From a virus (lineage: Duplodnaviria; Caudoviricetes): a DNA stretch of 33,544 nucleotides. The translations under genes were made by a program, and so were the position numbers. The stretch is from IMG/VR virus record IMGVR_UViG_3300033145_000237, positions 1 to 33,544 of that record. One strand, written 5' to 3'. Numbering within the stretch: the stretch's first letter is position 1; each line of letters begins with the position of its first letter. Below, piece by piece: positions 18,709-27,153 of this stretch. The notes beneath the pieces are model-generated. The model was not told the origin of the DNA. It did no database searches and was given only the letters and a program-made list of their open reading frames with translations.

Positions 18709-19124
18709 AACCTCCGTATATATATTGTACTTGACTGGATACCTTGGATATTAGTCTTCTTAAAACCAAGATGTTTAAGCCAATTTATTTTTTCATCAAA
18801 GGAATCAGACCACGTAGCTTGCAAGTATTCTAAGCTACAAAAATCAAGTACATCTTTTAAGAACTTTCTTGCACCTCTTAATAACAATCTCTTTCTCTTA
18901 AATGTTATATTATTGTCAACTATACACCACGCCTCTCCAATGTCATTAGGCATTATCACTACACCACCACAACCAATTATACCATCACTATCAAGCCAAG
19001 TATGACAAGGCCCTGCATTTTCAAGCAGCTTTAATTTATCAATATCAAGTTTTTGACGTATATCTTCCGTAGCATTACTTAAAATGCTTTGTGCATGACA
19101 CGCTTTAAACTTTATTTTTCTCAT
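18705..19124 (-). CDS. GNAT-like protein (position of T7 gp13)
   Basis: IIGCGGV...GEAW...LQA...WLKHLGF motif; lies between the nozzle and ejection genes. Confidence 0.75.
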   Translation of the reverse strand: MRKIKFKACHAQSILSNATEDIRQKLDIDKLKLLENAGPCHTWLDSDGIIGCGGVVIMPNDIGEAWCIVDNNITFKRKRLLLRGARKFLKDVLDFCSLEYLQATWSDSFDEKINWLKHLGFKKTNIQGIQSSTIYIRRF

Positions 19125-20437
19125 TGTAATACGTCCAATTTAGTCATAAACGCTAATAATGTAAACGGATATGGTTCATCAGATTGTAATAATATATAGG
19201 CGTCAGAATCGAAACCACCAGTACACAGTATAGAAGCATCTTTAGACTTTTTATTAAAATCACAATTTAAATTGCTAAGATAAGTTTTATCGCCATATTG
19301 CTGACCAACTTTACCACCTTTACTTTTTAGATATCTTACTTTAATCTCCTCTATTCTCTTAATATTTCCTTGAGTAGTTCCTGGTGTTGGTACTAACTCT
19401 AATCGTGTAGTTTTTACTTTCATTGTATATGGAATACCAACTGCATAATTATATACTGTACCACTAAACGAAATTTGACCAGAAGATACTTCACCAGTTA
19501 ATACTACTGAACCACTTGCTATAAGTTTTACAGTCTCACCTTCTAAATGCTCAAGCCCAGATATTACAGTTGAACCACCACCAGCTTCTTCTCTTACATA
19601 TCCATCTACAATATCAGTTGTATATTCGATATTAGCACCACCTGCGCCGTATGTAAGTTTAAATGAATTAATGGTAGGGTCATCTATATAGTAATATCCA
19701 CCAAGCCAAGATACATATACTAATTGATTATCCGCGTATCCATGATTTGGAACGTAACAAACTAAATCAGACGAATCAGGTAAAGGGTCAATAGAGCCTG
19801 TTTCATATAGATTTTTTATTTCATCATTAGTTAAAGCTGTATTATAAATATGAATATCATCTAATATACCAGTGAATTTTTGGCTATAACTTTTGTTAGC
19901 ACCTATTACTAATTCAACTTCATTATCCAAATCTCCTATACTGGCAATGCTTTTAACATCATTTTGAGCAACCCCATCTATATACATAGTCATATCGCCA
20001 TCTCTATCACAAGTTACAGCCCAATGATGCCATTTGCCAAGAGTAAAGGTTTGAGATGTTATTTGAACATGACTACTTGCATCGCCTATTAAAAATTGAA
20101 GCTTAACACCATAAGTTATGTATGCTGCAACCACTTTATTAGGCCAGCCTGATGAACTATTAAGTTGTATAAGTATTATTTGTGAAGGATTTGTATTTGA
20201 TGTTTTGAACCAGCCAGCATAACTAAAATCTGTATCAGCACCAAAGTTTAAACTTGAATCATTTGCAACAGTTACATAATCATTAGTACCATCAAAATCA
20301 AATCCCTTATCAATGATACTTATAGCAGACATTAAATTTGTATTACGAAAAGATGTGCCATTATTTGTATTTATATCGTCTAATACAACTTTATCTGCAA
20401 GATTATCGTCAAATTTCCAGTGTGATACTAACGACAT
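19121..20437 (-). CDS. LamG/ConA-like domain fused to the C-terminal part of tail tubular protein B
   Basis: N-terminal LVSHWKFD...FDGTNDYV...WHHWAVT...YIDG...IG...F-x-G-x-LDDIHIYNTAL. C-terminal ISGLEHLEGETV...GIPY...T-x-RLE...GTTQG-x2-KRI...QSDEPYPFTLLA. Confidence 0.85.
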   Translation of the reverse strand: MSLVSHWKFDDNLADKVVLDDINTNNGTSFRNTNLMSAISIIDKGFDFDGTNDYVTVANDSSLNFGADTDFSYAGWFKTSNTNPSQIILIQLNSSSGWPNKVVAAYITYGVKLQFLIGDASSHVQITSQTFTLGKWHHWAVTCDRDGDMTMYIDGVAQNDVKSIASIGDLDNEVELVIGANKSYSQKFTGILDDIHIYNTALTNDEIKNLYETGSIDPLPDSSDLVCYVPNHGYADNQLVYVSWLGGYYYIDDPTINSFKLTYGAGGANIEYTTDIVDGYVREEAGGGSTVISGLEHLEGETVKLIASGSVVLTGEVSSGQISFSGTVYNYAVGIPYTMKVKTTRLELVPTPGTTQGNIKRIEEIKVRYLKSKGGKVGQQYGDKTYLSNLNCDFNKKSKDASILCTGGFDSDAYILLQSDEPYPFTLLAFMTKLDVLQ

Positions 20438-20640
20438 TATTCAAGCCCCGAAGCTAAAGCTACTAATTCTTTTATTTTAGGCATATTCTTATCTCTTAAA
20501 TTAATAGCAGCCTTTACTTTTTTTAAACTTATTTCTGTGCCTTCTGGAATATTTGAAAAGGCTTTGCCTGCTAACATTGAAAATTCAGTAGGTGTCATTT
20601 CTATTATCACACCTTTATTTGTTCTGCCTAACTTTTTCAT
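20437..20640 (-). CDS. Hypothetical 67-aa protein (possible fibre chaperone)
   Basis: Coupled by ATGA and TAATG overlaps on both sides. Confidence 0.65.
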   Translation of the reverse strand: MKKLGRTNKGVIIEMTPTEFSMLAGKAFSNIPEGTEISLKKVKAAINLRDKNMPKIKELVALASGLE

Positions 20641-21182
20641 CTTATATATCCTAATAACTTTATTGTAAATGTATCTGAATTCGTATTTGCACCAATTTGG
20701 ATAATACCACTTGTGTCTGTTGCCATAGTAAAATAACTATAACGGTTAGTACCACCAAATTGACAATTACCACCTCCAGTATAACCTGACATAGTATGGT
20801 CAGTAACCGTACTTCCTTCTCCTTTTGGCTTAATAAAAAATACACCAGAACCACTACACTTTACTTGTAAAAACACTAACATTGATGTAGCCGTTATTCC
20901 AGCTTCCGTAGCAATATCTAAATTTTGAAATGTATTTGCTGTGGTAAGATGTGTATTAAAAATTGTAGCAGAGGAAGCGTGAAAGAAACCTGTCCCAGCC
21001 ACAGCACTTGTTATCTGGTCATCTACATATTTTTTATTAGAGACACCAGCGTCTGCCGTTGGTGCTGCACCAGATTCCATTACTGCACCATCTTTAATCT
21101 TTCCATCGTCTGCAAGTGAAACACTCAACATTGCTTTTATCTTTGTCCACCAATCTGTTACACCATTTACCGGCCATGCCAT
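20637..21182 (-). CDS. Short tail fibre-like protein
   Basis: AAGGAG RBS; APT-x5-SNKKYVD fibre motif followed by a beta-rich tip ending LLGYIR. Confidence 0.65.
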   Translation of the reverse strand: MAWPVNGVTDWWTKIKAMLSVSLADDGKIKDGAVMESGAAPTADAGVSNKKYVDDQITSAVAGTGFFHASSATIFNTHLTTANTFQNLDIATEAGITATSMLVFLQVKCSGSGVFFIKPKGEGSTVTDHTMSGYTGGGNCQFGGTNRYSYFTMATDTSGIIQIGANTNSDTFTIKLLGYIR

Positions 21183-21194
21183 AATAATACTCCT

Positions 21195-23792
21195 TTAACT
21201 TGGAACTCCACCTAATAGTCCCGAACCTAATAATCCTGACCCTAATCTTACAGTGTCAGATGCTAAAATTATATCACCAACCGCACCACTCGATGTGGCA
21301 ACCACTGCTGAATCTAACATTATAGCTTCATCTTCGTTTTCTACGTATCTCGATGAAAGTAATTCTATATATCTAACTTCATCACCATTAATAATTCTTT
21401 TAACTGATACCCATACTTCGTCTTCTTCTGTACCATGTGTTACCGCTACTGACTCATATTTGTCTACTGGTATCAATAATGATGAACCAGTTACATGCCT
21501 CGACCATGCAGCAAAAACACTTTCCCCTGGTTCGTAAACAAATGAACACAAAGTACCATCATCTCTTGTAATCCATAATGTTGAATTAGGTGTTCTCTGC
21601 ACCGCTATGGTAGTAGGTAAATTATCTTCAAATATATGAGGTGATAAAATAGTAGCATCTTCTGACTTATAAGATGTAGTCTCATACGAATAAGTCATTA
21701 CATTTAACTTTTTACCCTGTCTCTGGAAATAAAATAACCCATCACTTAATATTATAGGCTGTAAATTATTGCTACCTATATATGATTGTGGTGTTACTTT
21801 CTTGTCTATCGCTGTCATTGGGTCATCAGGATTAGTAGCACTTGCAACAAACTCCATACTTGCAGTGCCTACTATTATAGTCTTTTTAGCTTTAAGCCAT
21901 TGTATTTGAGATATATCACCACTATCAATAGGTAAAATAATTGCATCAGACTCTACTGTACCGGTTAAATGACTTAGGTATTCTCCAACAACAGAACCCC
22001 ATAATGTTTGAGGATTATATGTTGTACTTGCCCAATATAATCTCTGTTCATAAAACGCTACCGTTCTCGGAAAACCTCTATACGCACTCCATGCACCCTC
22101 TGCCCACATAGACGTCTCTGATTCATTAGCGGTAGCTGTGGCAGTTCTCGTGGCTGTACCTGTTGTAGTGCCGCCTACATCTGTACTTTCGTAAATAAAA
22201 TGAGTTGCATCTGGAACTGATGTTATTACTACATCTGTTGCATCAAATCCAGTAGCTACTATATCAACAGTATCTCCAACACTAAATCCATGTGCAGGAT
22301 TAGTAGTTATTTCAACATGATTAGCATCAGGATTATTGTCATCAATAGCAGATATATTCGCAACTGGATTATCAAGTTCATTAAATACCGCAGTCTTAAC
22401 TTTAACACTTACCTCAGTAGAACTCGTGTATCCTGTTACTTCTACTACACCATAATTGTTCTGGTCTTTTGCAGTTAATTGATTAACCGTTGTGGCCCCC
22501 GCAGAAGTAGTAAAAGCATAGTAAACATTGTCATAAGTTTCTGTTGAACTATACGAAGTAGCACTCAAAAATGTTTCATATTCTACCCATTCGCCATTTC
22601 CCTCTTTACGCCATAACTTTACAGAATCAGTACCAGCAGTAAATTCAGTAGTCTTAAATGAAAAATTACCTTTAATTCTTATAGCATTATCTAAATTTGT
22701 TGGTGCAGTATTTGTTGTATTATCTTCTGTGTCAGTTGCATTATCTTTTCTTGTGTTCTTTAATAGCCATATAGAACCAACATGCGATTGCTTAAATGGT
22801 GCTAATGCGACACCATCAACTGTACCACTTGCAGTCAATGTTCCTGTCACATCAACTTCTGAATAGCCGTGAACAGGTGCAGTATTAGTTGAAAATGTTA
22901 ATTTTCCATCAGCATCTGTATTTTCTGATAAAAACGGACCGTTAGTTATCTGTGAACTTGCTATCGTCCAATTATCATCTGCTAACCTTGTAAGTGTATA
23001 TGGATTATGATATGAATGAGCAATATACATAACATCTGCCGATTGTTCTTTGTGTATTTCAAATGCCTCACTTAAAGTATAAGGCGATGTTATCTCATAT
23101 ATTTTTTTAGTTGTACCAAAACCTGTCCATGCAGAAAAATCACTACTATCAGTATTGTATAAAGTAAAATTATCTGCATCAGTCTTAATTATAATATATT
23201 CATTATTGCTTAATTGTGTTGTGCCGCTAACATCTGAAAACTTAATTGTGTCACCAGTTAAATAGCCATGACCTGTTATTTCAATACTTACAGCATCTGT
23301 TCCATTTAATGTTATACCCTCTATTGTTTTTTCAGTTTCAAATATTCTCTCTTTGTTCTTATATACTCTAATATATCTTTCGCCAAATTCTAAAATATGA
23401 ACATCGTCAACGGAAAACTCAAAACTAAATAATTTAACCTTACCTTCATTTTCTGTTGTTGATGTTAGAGTCCAATAATCTGAATGTGCAGTTCTGTCAT
23501 CTGCTAACGTAGTACCACAAGAAGTATGTGCAGTATCACAATAATACAAATTGCCATTATCACTAACAACAATACCTTCTGGATAATCAGTAGAAATAGT
23601 CCAGGGCATGAACAATTTTGTGCGTGATATAAATATACTTCCACTTCTCTTAACAATACCACCTTGAGCTAAACAAATACCATTAACCAGTTCGGAACAA
23701 CCATTGTAATATTTAGCTAAATCAGTTCGCCCTGATAATGACTCGTCTAATTCGCCTGAATTACCAGAATTTTTTATTATTCTCACTGTCAT
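21195..23792 (-). CDS. Tail tubular protein B / nozzle, N-terminal part
   Basis: NSGEL-x3-L-x-GRTDL-x2-Y, QGG-x2-KRSG, LEFGERYIR, QSADVMY, FP-x2-V-x-FYEQRL, AWSRH, V-x-R-x-ING-x3-RYIE, LDSA. Stops about 35 aa after LDSA. Confidence 0.92.
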   Translation of the reverse strand: MTVRIIKNSGNSGELDESLSGRTDLAKYYNGCSELVNGICLAQGGIVKRSGSIFISRTKLFMPWTISTDYPEGIVVSDNGNLYYCDTAHTSCGTTLADDRTAHSDYWTLTSTTENEGKVKLFSFEFSVDDVHILEFGERYIRVYKNKERIFETEKTIEGITLNGTDAVSIEITGHGYLTGDTIKFSDVSGTTQLSNNEYIIIKTDADNFTLYNTDSSDFSAWTGFGTTKKIYEITSPYTLSEAFEIHKEQSADVMYIAHSYHNPYTLTRLADDNWTIASSQITNGPFLSENTDADGKLTFSTNTAPVHGYSEVDVTGTLTASGTVDGVALAPFKQSHVGSIWLLKNTRKDNATDTEDNTTNTAPTNLDNAIRIKGNFSFKTTEFTAGTDSVKLWRKEGNGEWVEYETFLSATSYSSTETYDNVYYAFTTSAGATTVNQLTAKDQNNYGVVEVTGYTSSTEVSVKVKTAVFNELDNPVANISAIDDNNPDANHVEITTNPAHGFSVGDTVDIVATGFDATDVVITSVPDATHFIYESTDVGGTTTGTATRTATATANESETSMWAEGAWSAYRGFPRTVAFYEQRLYWASTTYNPQTLWGSVVGEYLSHLTGTVESDAIILPIDSGDISQIQWLKAKKTIIVGTASMEFVASATNPDDPMTAIDKKVTPQSYIGSNNLQPIILSDGLFYFQRQGKKLNVMTYSYETTSYKSEDATILSPHIFEDNLPTTIAVQRTPNSTLWITRDDGTLCSFVYEPGESVFAAWSRHVTGSSLLIPVDKYESVAVTHGTEEDEVWVSVKRIINGDEVRYIELLSSRYVENEDEAIMLDSAVVATSSGAVGDIILASDTVRLGSGLLGSGLLGGVPS

Positions 23793-24530
23793 TTAAAAAT
23801 TTCTACTCTTAAGCCATGAAATATTATTAGATATAACTTTACGCGGTTTACCTTGTCTTGCATCTATACTTCTTGCCTGTGGCATTACTATTTTTTCAAA
23901 TTCCTCAAGTAACAATCTCTTATTATCCATATTGCCAGTCAGAGGTACAACTATCAATGTTGCAAGCCTATATACTATTGATTGTCTTAGTAATTCAGAA
24001 AATTCTGTTACATCAGTTAATTGCTTAATATAACTTAAATCTATAACTGCATAATCACCACCAGTAGTTGTCCAAGTTACATCGTCTATATCTGGACTTG
24101 TAGCACTACCAGCAGTATGACTAACATTACATAAATACGTTATGTTACTAAGTGAAACATATTGGCCTGCAACGTACACACTACCAGATGACCATGAAGA
24201 AGGACTTCTACTGTAATCTGTTACTATATATCCAGCTTTAACGTCCCAGTCATAACTATCAGCATTTATAGATTTAGCCCTTAAACAATCATCTGGAATT
24301 GGATATTTAAAACTATATCCAAATATTGGTGAATACTTTTCTTGTGGAATAGTTTTCATTGCTTCTGCTTCATTCCACAAATGAGATACTAAAGTTCTAT
24401 CTCTTGCAAATTCATAAAATCTTTCACATAAAAGATACTGCTTAGAAGAAGTATCTCCATCTTCTATTTCATACTCACCTATTAGGCCTAAAGCTTCATT
24501 TTGAAGAACCTGTTCATCTGTAAGAGCCAT
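23793..24530 (-). CDS. Tail tubular protein A / adaptor with an inserted CBM5/12-like module
   Basis: N-x-AL-x2-IG...LC-x3-Y-x3-RD-x2-L-x2-H-x-WN-x-A, Y-x-IP-x-DCLR, AR-x2-DA-x-Q, W-x2-SR. Confidence 0.9.
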   Translation of the reverse strand: MALTDEQVLQNEALGLIGEYEIEDGDTSSKQYLLCERFYEFARDRTLVSHLWNEAEAMKTIPQEKYSPIFGYSFKYPIPDDCLRAKSINADSYDWDVKAGYIVTDYSRSPSSWSSGSVYVAGQYVSLSNITYLCNVSHTAGSATSPDIDDVTWTTTGGDYAVIDLSYIKQLTDVTEFSELLRQSIVYRLATLIVVPLTGNMDNKRLLLEEFEKIVMPQARSIDARQGKPRKVISNNISWLKSRNF

Positions 24531-24541
24531 AATTATACCTC

Positions 24542-24576
24542 AAAATAAAGAGGTGTGGGTTTTAACCACACCCCTT
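24542..24576 (-). terminator. Intrinsic terminator after the capsid genes
   Basis: Minus strand GGGGTGTGG-TTAAAAC-CCACACCTC followed by TTTATTTT. Confidence 0.8.
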
Positions 24577-24583
24577 AAACAAA

Positions 24584-25030
24584 TTAAACGTCCATTACAT
24601 AAAGAGTCGTAAGTGTTACTGTTGCTTCTGGTGCAAAAGCTTGAGCCGCAGTAGTTACTGTAATAGCAGAATCTGCTGTCAATGGAGTATATGGAAATAT
24701 TCCAGTAGACAAAACAAACTGCTGTGTGGCTGATGTCATATCAGTAAATGCCTCAGCGGCAGTAGCTGCCACTCCACCGATTTCAACATCTGCTGTCATC
24801 GCTGCACCCATTGCAGTAGCAGACCACAAGAAGCCAAGAACTATTGCATGTTTAGGAAGACGCCCCATTGATATAACAAAACCTGCTGCTGCTGTATCAG
24901 TAGCTGGTAACGTATATTTGTCATAAGCGAATTTAATGTCGTTATTCCAAAGTTTAGCTACCATATTAGCGATTCCACCAGCGGCGTATTTTGTTTGCTC
25001 TACGCCATTAGCGGTTGTTAGTGCTGCCAT
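24584..25030 (-). CDS. Capsid decoration/cement-like protein
   Basis: 148 aa, A/T-rich, I-x-MG-x-LP-x2-A-x-V motif; directly after the capsid gene and before the terminator. Confidence 0.7.
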   Translation of the reverse strand: MAALTTANGVEQTKYAAGGIANMVAKLWNNDIKFAYDKYTLPATDTAAAGFVISMGRLPKHAIVLGFLWSATAMGAAMTADVEIGGVAATAAEAFTDMTSATQQFVLSTGIFPYTPLTADSAITVTTAAQAFAPEATVTLTTLYVMDV

Positions 25031-25064
25031 AATTTATACCTTTCAAATTTAAATACTTTTAATT

Positions 25065-26009
25065 TTAAGCACATTCTACTTTTAAAACCATATCTTCATT
25101 CATACGAATTGCATTACCACCAAAGTCAACCTTTATTTGCCATGTTTCACCAACTTTTTCTGGCAAATAATCAATCTTAAACGTAGGTGCTAAATGCCAT
25201 GCAGCTTGAATACCATCATTCAGCCATGCAAATAACTCGTAAACATTTGTATCACCATCAGCATCATTGTTAGTTCCCTTAGTAATGGCATTGGTATTTA
25301 TGAAATTGATTCCCATATACCTATTGATTGTTCCATTTACAAGAGCTTTTACTTCTGATGTATCAGTACCTTGAATTTCTGCCTCTCTAAGCAAGTCTGA
25401 TTTCTGCTTAAAAGAACAACAGAGATTTACAGGAAGGCCATCTTCATTGCCAAGAGTAGCAAACTTTTCTCTAATGAGAATAAGCTTGTTAATTGTAAGG
25501 CCAGTCGATGTACCACCAGCAGCACCATCTATATCAGTGTCATGCACAACAGTACGACCATCAGCATTGCTTATGGCTGTGTTTGTAAATGTATAACCAC
25601 CAGAAATATCACCAGGATTCTTACCACCAGTTACAGCAGCATCGAAAGCGTTTAAGATAATATCTCTTTTCTGACGCTCAACAGCGAAAATCTGACTTTG
25701 CATAAACTTACTCTGTGGGTCAGTGTGTTGTGCTATCTTATCCTGCCTGTCTTCAAGTATAGCATCATAGTAGAATTCAGGGAATAACCATCGTCTCCTG
25801 AAATCTCTGTCAGAGTGGTCTACGTCTGCAAACTTAGTAGTTTTCTTTTTGAGCGTAGTTGTGCCAATGTCATCAAACGACATCTGTTCGCCTTTAAGAG
25901 GAACTTGTGTAACATAACCCTCAAAAGGATTTTTTGTTTCTTGTGGAATGTTTTTATACCCACTTGTATAAGCAAGTACAAAAGCATCTTCATAATTTGG
26001 ATTTGCCAT
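25065..26009 (-). CDS. Major capsid protein (BPP-1-like type)
   Basis: 314 aa; AFV-x2-Y-x6-Q, RRW, D-x2-DK...DP-x-S, R-x2-D-x-I, VKALVNG-x-I-x2-YMG-x2-FI, A-x-R-x-NE-x2-V. Confidence 0.92.
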   Translation of the reverse strand: MANPNYEDAFVLAYTSGYKNIPQETKNPFEGYVTQVPLKGEQMSFDDIGTTTLKKKTTKFADVDHSDRDFRRRWLFPEFYYDAILEDRQDKIAQHTDPQSKFMQSQIFAVERQKRDIILNAFDAAVTGGKNPGDISGGYTFTNTAISNADGRTVVHDTDIDGAAGGTSTGLTINKLILIREKFATLGNEDGLPVNLCCSFKQKSDLLREAEIQGTDTSEVKALVNGTINRYMGINFINTNAITKGTNNDADGDTNVYELFAWLNDGIQAAWHLAPTFKIDYLPEKVGETWQIKVDFGGNAIRMNEDMVLKVECA

Positions 26010-26137
26010 TTTAATAGCCCTTAAAAAAATAATATTGTCAATTGTCGCTCAAGTTGTCCTTATAAGGGCTATCGCTGGATTTAACGTCTTTTAGACGAAT
26101 GGGCTACCATTATCTTGTGGGGCGTTTAAGCTTATCC
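26010..26137 (-). promoter_or_regulatory. Structured major-capsid mRNA leader with anti-Shine-Dalgarno
   Basis: Perfect inverted repeat 26014-26023 / 26063-26072 covering the RBS; several short hairpins with AYAA bulges. Confidence 0.6.
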
Positions 26138-26926
26138 ACCTATTCCCATAAGCTCAAGATATTTCGCATGTACCTTTTCATGGTCAGGGTGCATATTATC
26201 ATTCCATGCTGGATTATCTGCTATTGCTTTTAGTTCTTCTTCACGACTTAATTTTTGAGTTACACTCGAAGTCTTAATACCATCTTCACCTCTAAGCTTA
26301 TTTAAATCATATAAAGCTCTTATTATTTCTGGGTCACTATCCAGTTTTTTCTTCTCTAACAGTTCAAGTAGTTTAAACTCTTTAGCAAACTCTAATGCTT
26401 TAACAGTATTAGCATTCCTCTCTTCTCCCCAGTCTTTAGCTAATGCTTCATCGCAAGCTTTTAATTCAGCTTCGTATTTTGCATCTTCTTCTTTTTTAAG
26501 ATTCTCACCTTTTTCTGCAAGATTTTTAAATACATTTATATGCTCTTTTACGGCTATTTCGTATTGTGCTTGAGTTAATCCTGCTTTATGGGCAGTCTCT
26601 TTAAAAGCAGCCATACTGTTTTCATCTAACTCTATACCAGAATCATTTTTGAAATCATACTTGTCAGGTGTTTCAGGCCTACCGAGTTTATTATAAATAT
26701 CTCCCCATTCTTCGCTATCAGGTTCTGTTGGTAACTTTATAATTGAGTCTCTATTACCTACAAACTTTTCAAGTTCAGAATAACTCTTTGCCATATCGTC
26801 TGGAGTTGACCAACCTTTAGTCTGCATTAACTCATTTGTTTCGGTTGAAAATGAACCAGACTCTACTGTTGTACTTGGATTTTCAGTAACTTGTGTTTCT
26901 TCGCTTGATGTTTCTTGTGTTTCCAT
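26132..26926 (-). CDS. Capsid scaffolding protein
   Basis: Acidic N-terminus, KSY-x-ELEK-x-VG, IYNKLGRPETPD-x-Y, AHKAGLTQAQ, L-x-KDWG, HPDH-x-K. Confidence 0.9.
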   Translation of the reverse strand: METQETSSEETQVTENPSTTVESGSFSTETNELMQTKGWSTPDDMAKSYSELEKFVGNRDSIIKLPTEPDSEEWGDIYNKLGRPETPDKYDFKNDSGIELDENSMAAFKETAHKAGLTQAQYEIAVKEHINVFKNLAEKGENLKKEEDAKYEAELKACDEALAKDWGEERNANTVKALEFAKEFKLLELLEKKKLDSDPEIIRALYDLNKLRGEDGIKTSSVTQKLSREEELKAIADNPAWNDNMHPDHEKVHAKYLELMGIGG

Positions 26927-27153
26927 TATTTTTTCCCTTCTGCTTTCTTAATTAAACTTAATATTCTTAAATACACGCGTCTTTTCCCCTCGCAGTACAT
27001 TGTCTGTAAAGCATTAGGTTCTTGTTCGCAAACTGAACTTCTCTCGAATCCACAAAATGATTTTAAATCTTCTAAAACTTTTAACCCTTTTGCTGAACAA
27101 AATACATCTTTATAGTATTCTGCATTTTCTTTAATTATTTCTTCTGGTTTCAT
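26926..27153 (-). CDS. Bbp19-like small head-module protein
   Basis: Y-x2-VF-x3-G-x2-VL-x-DL...EG-x-R-x-V-x-L-x-I; lies between portal and scaffold. Confidence 0.8.
   Translation of the reverse strand: MKPEEIIKENAEYYKDVFCSAKGLKVLEDLKSFCGFERSSVCEQEPNALQTMYCEGKRRVYLRILSLIKKAEGKK

Noticed and set aside
19576-21290. Self-splicing intron or intein explaining the nozzle split
   Set aside because: No group I/II or intein motifs and no homing nuclease or RT; the interval is filled with structural-type ORFs.
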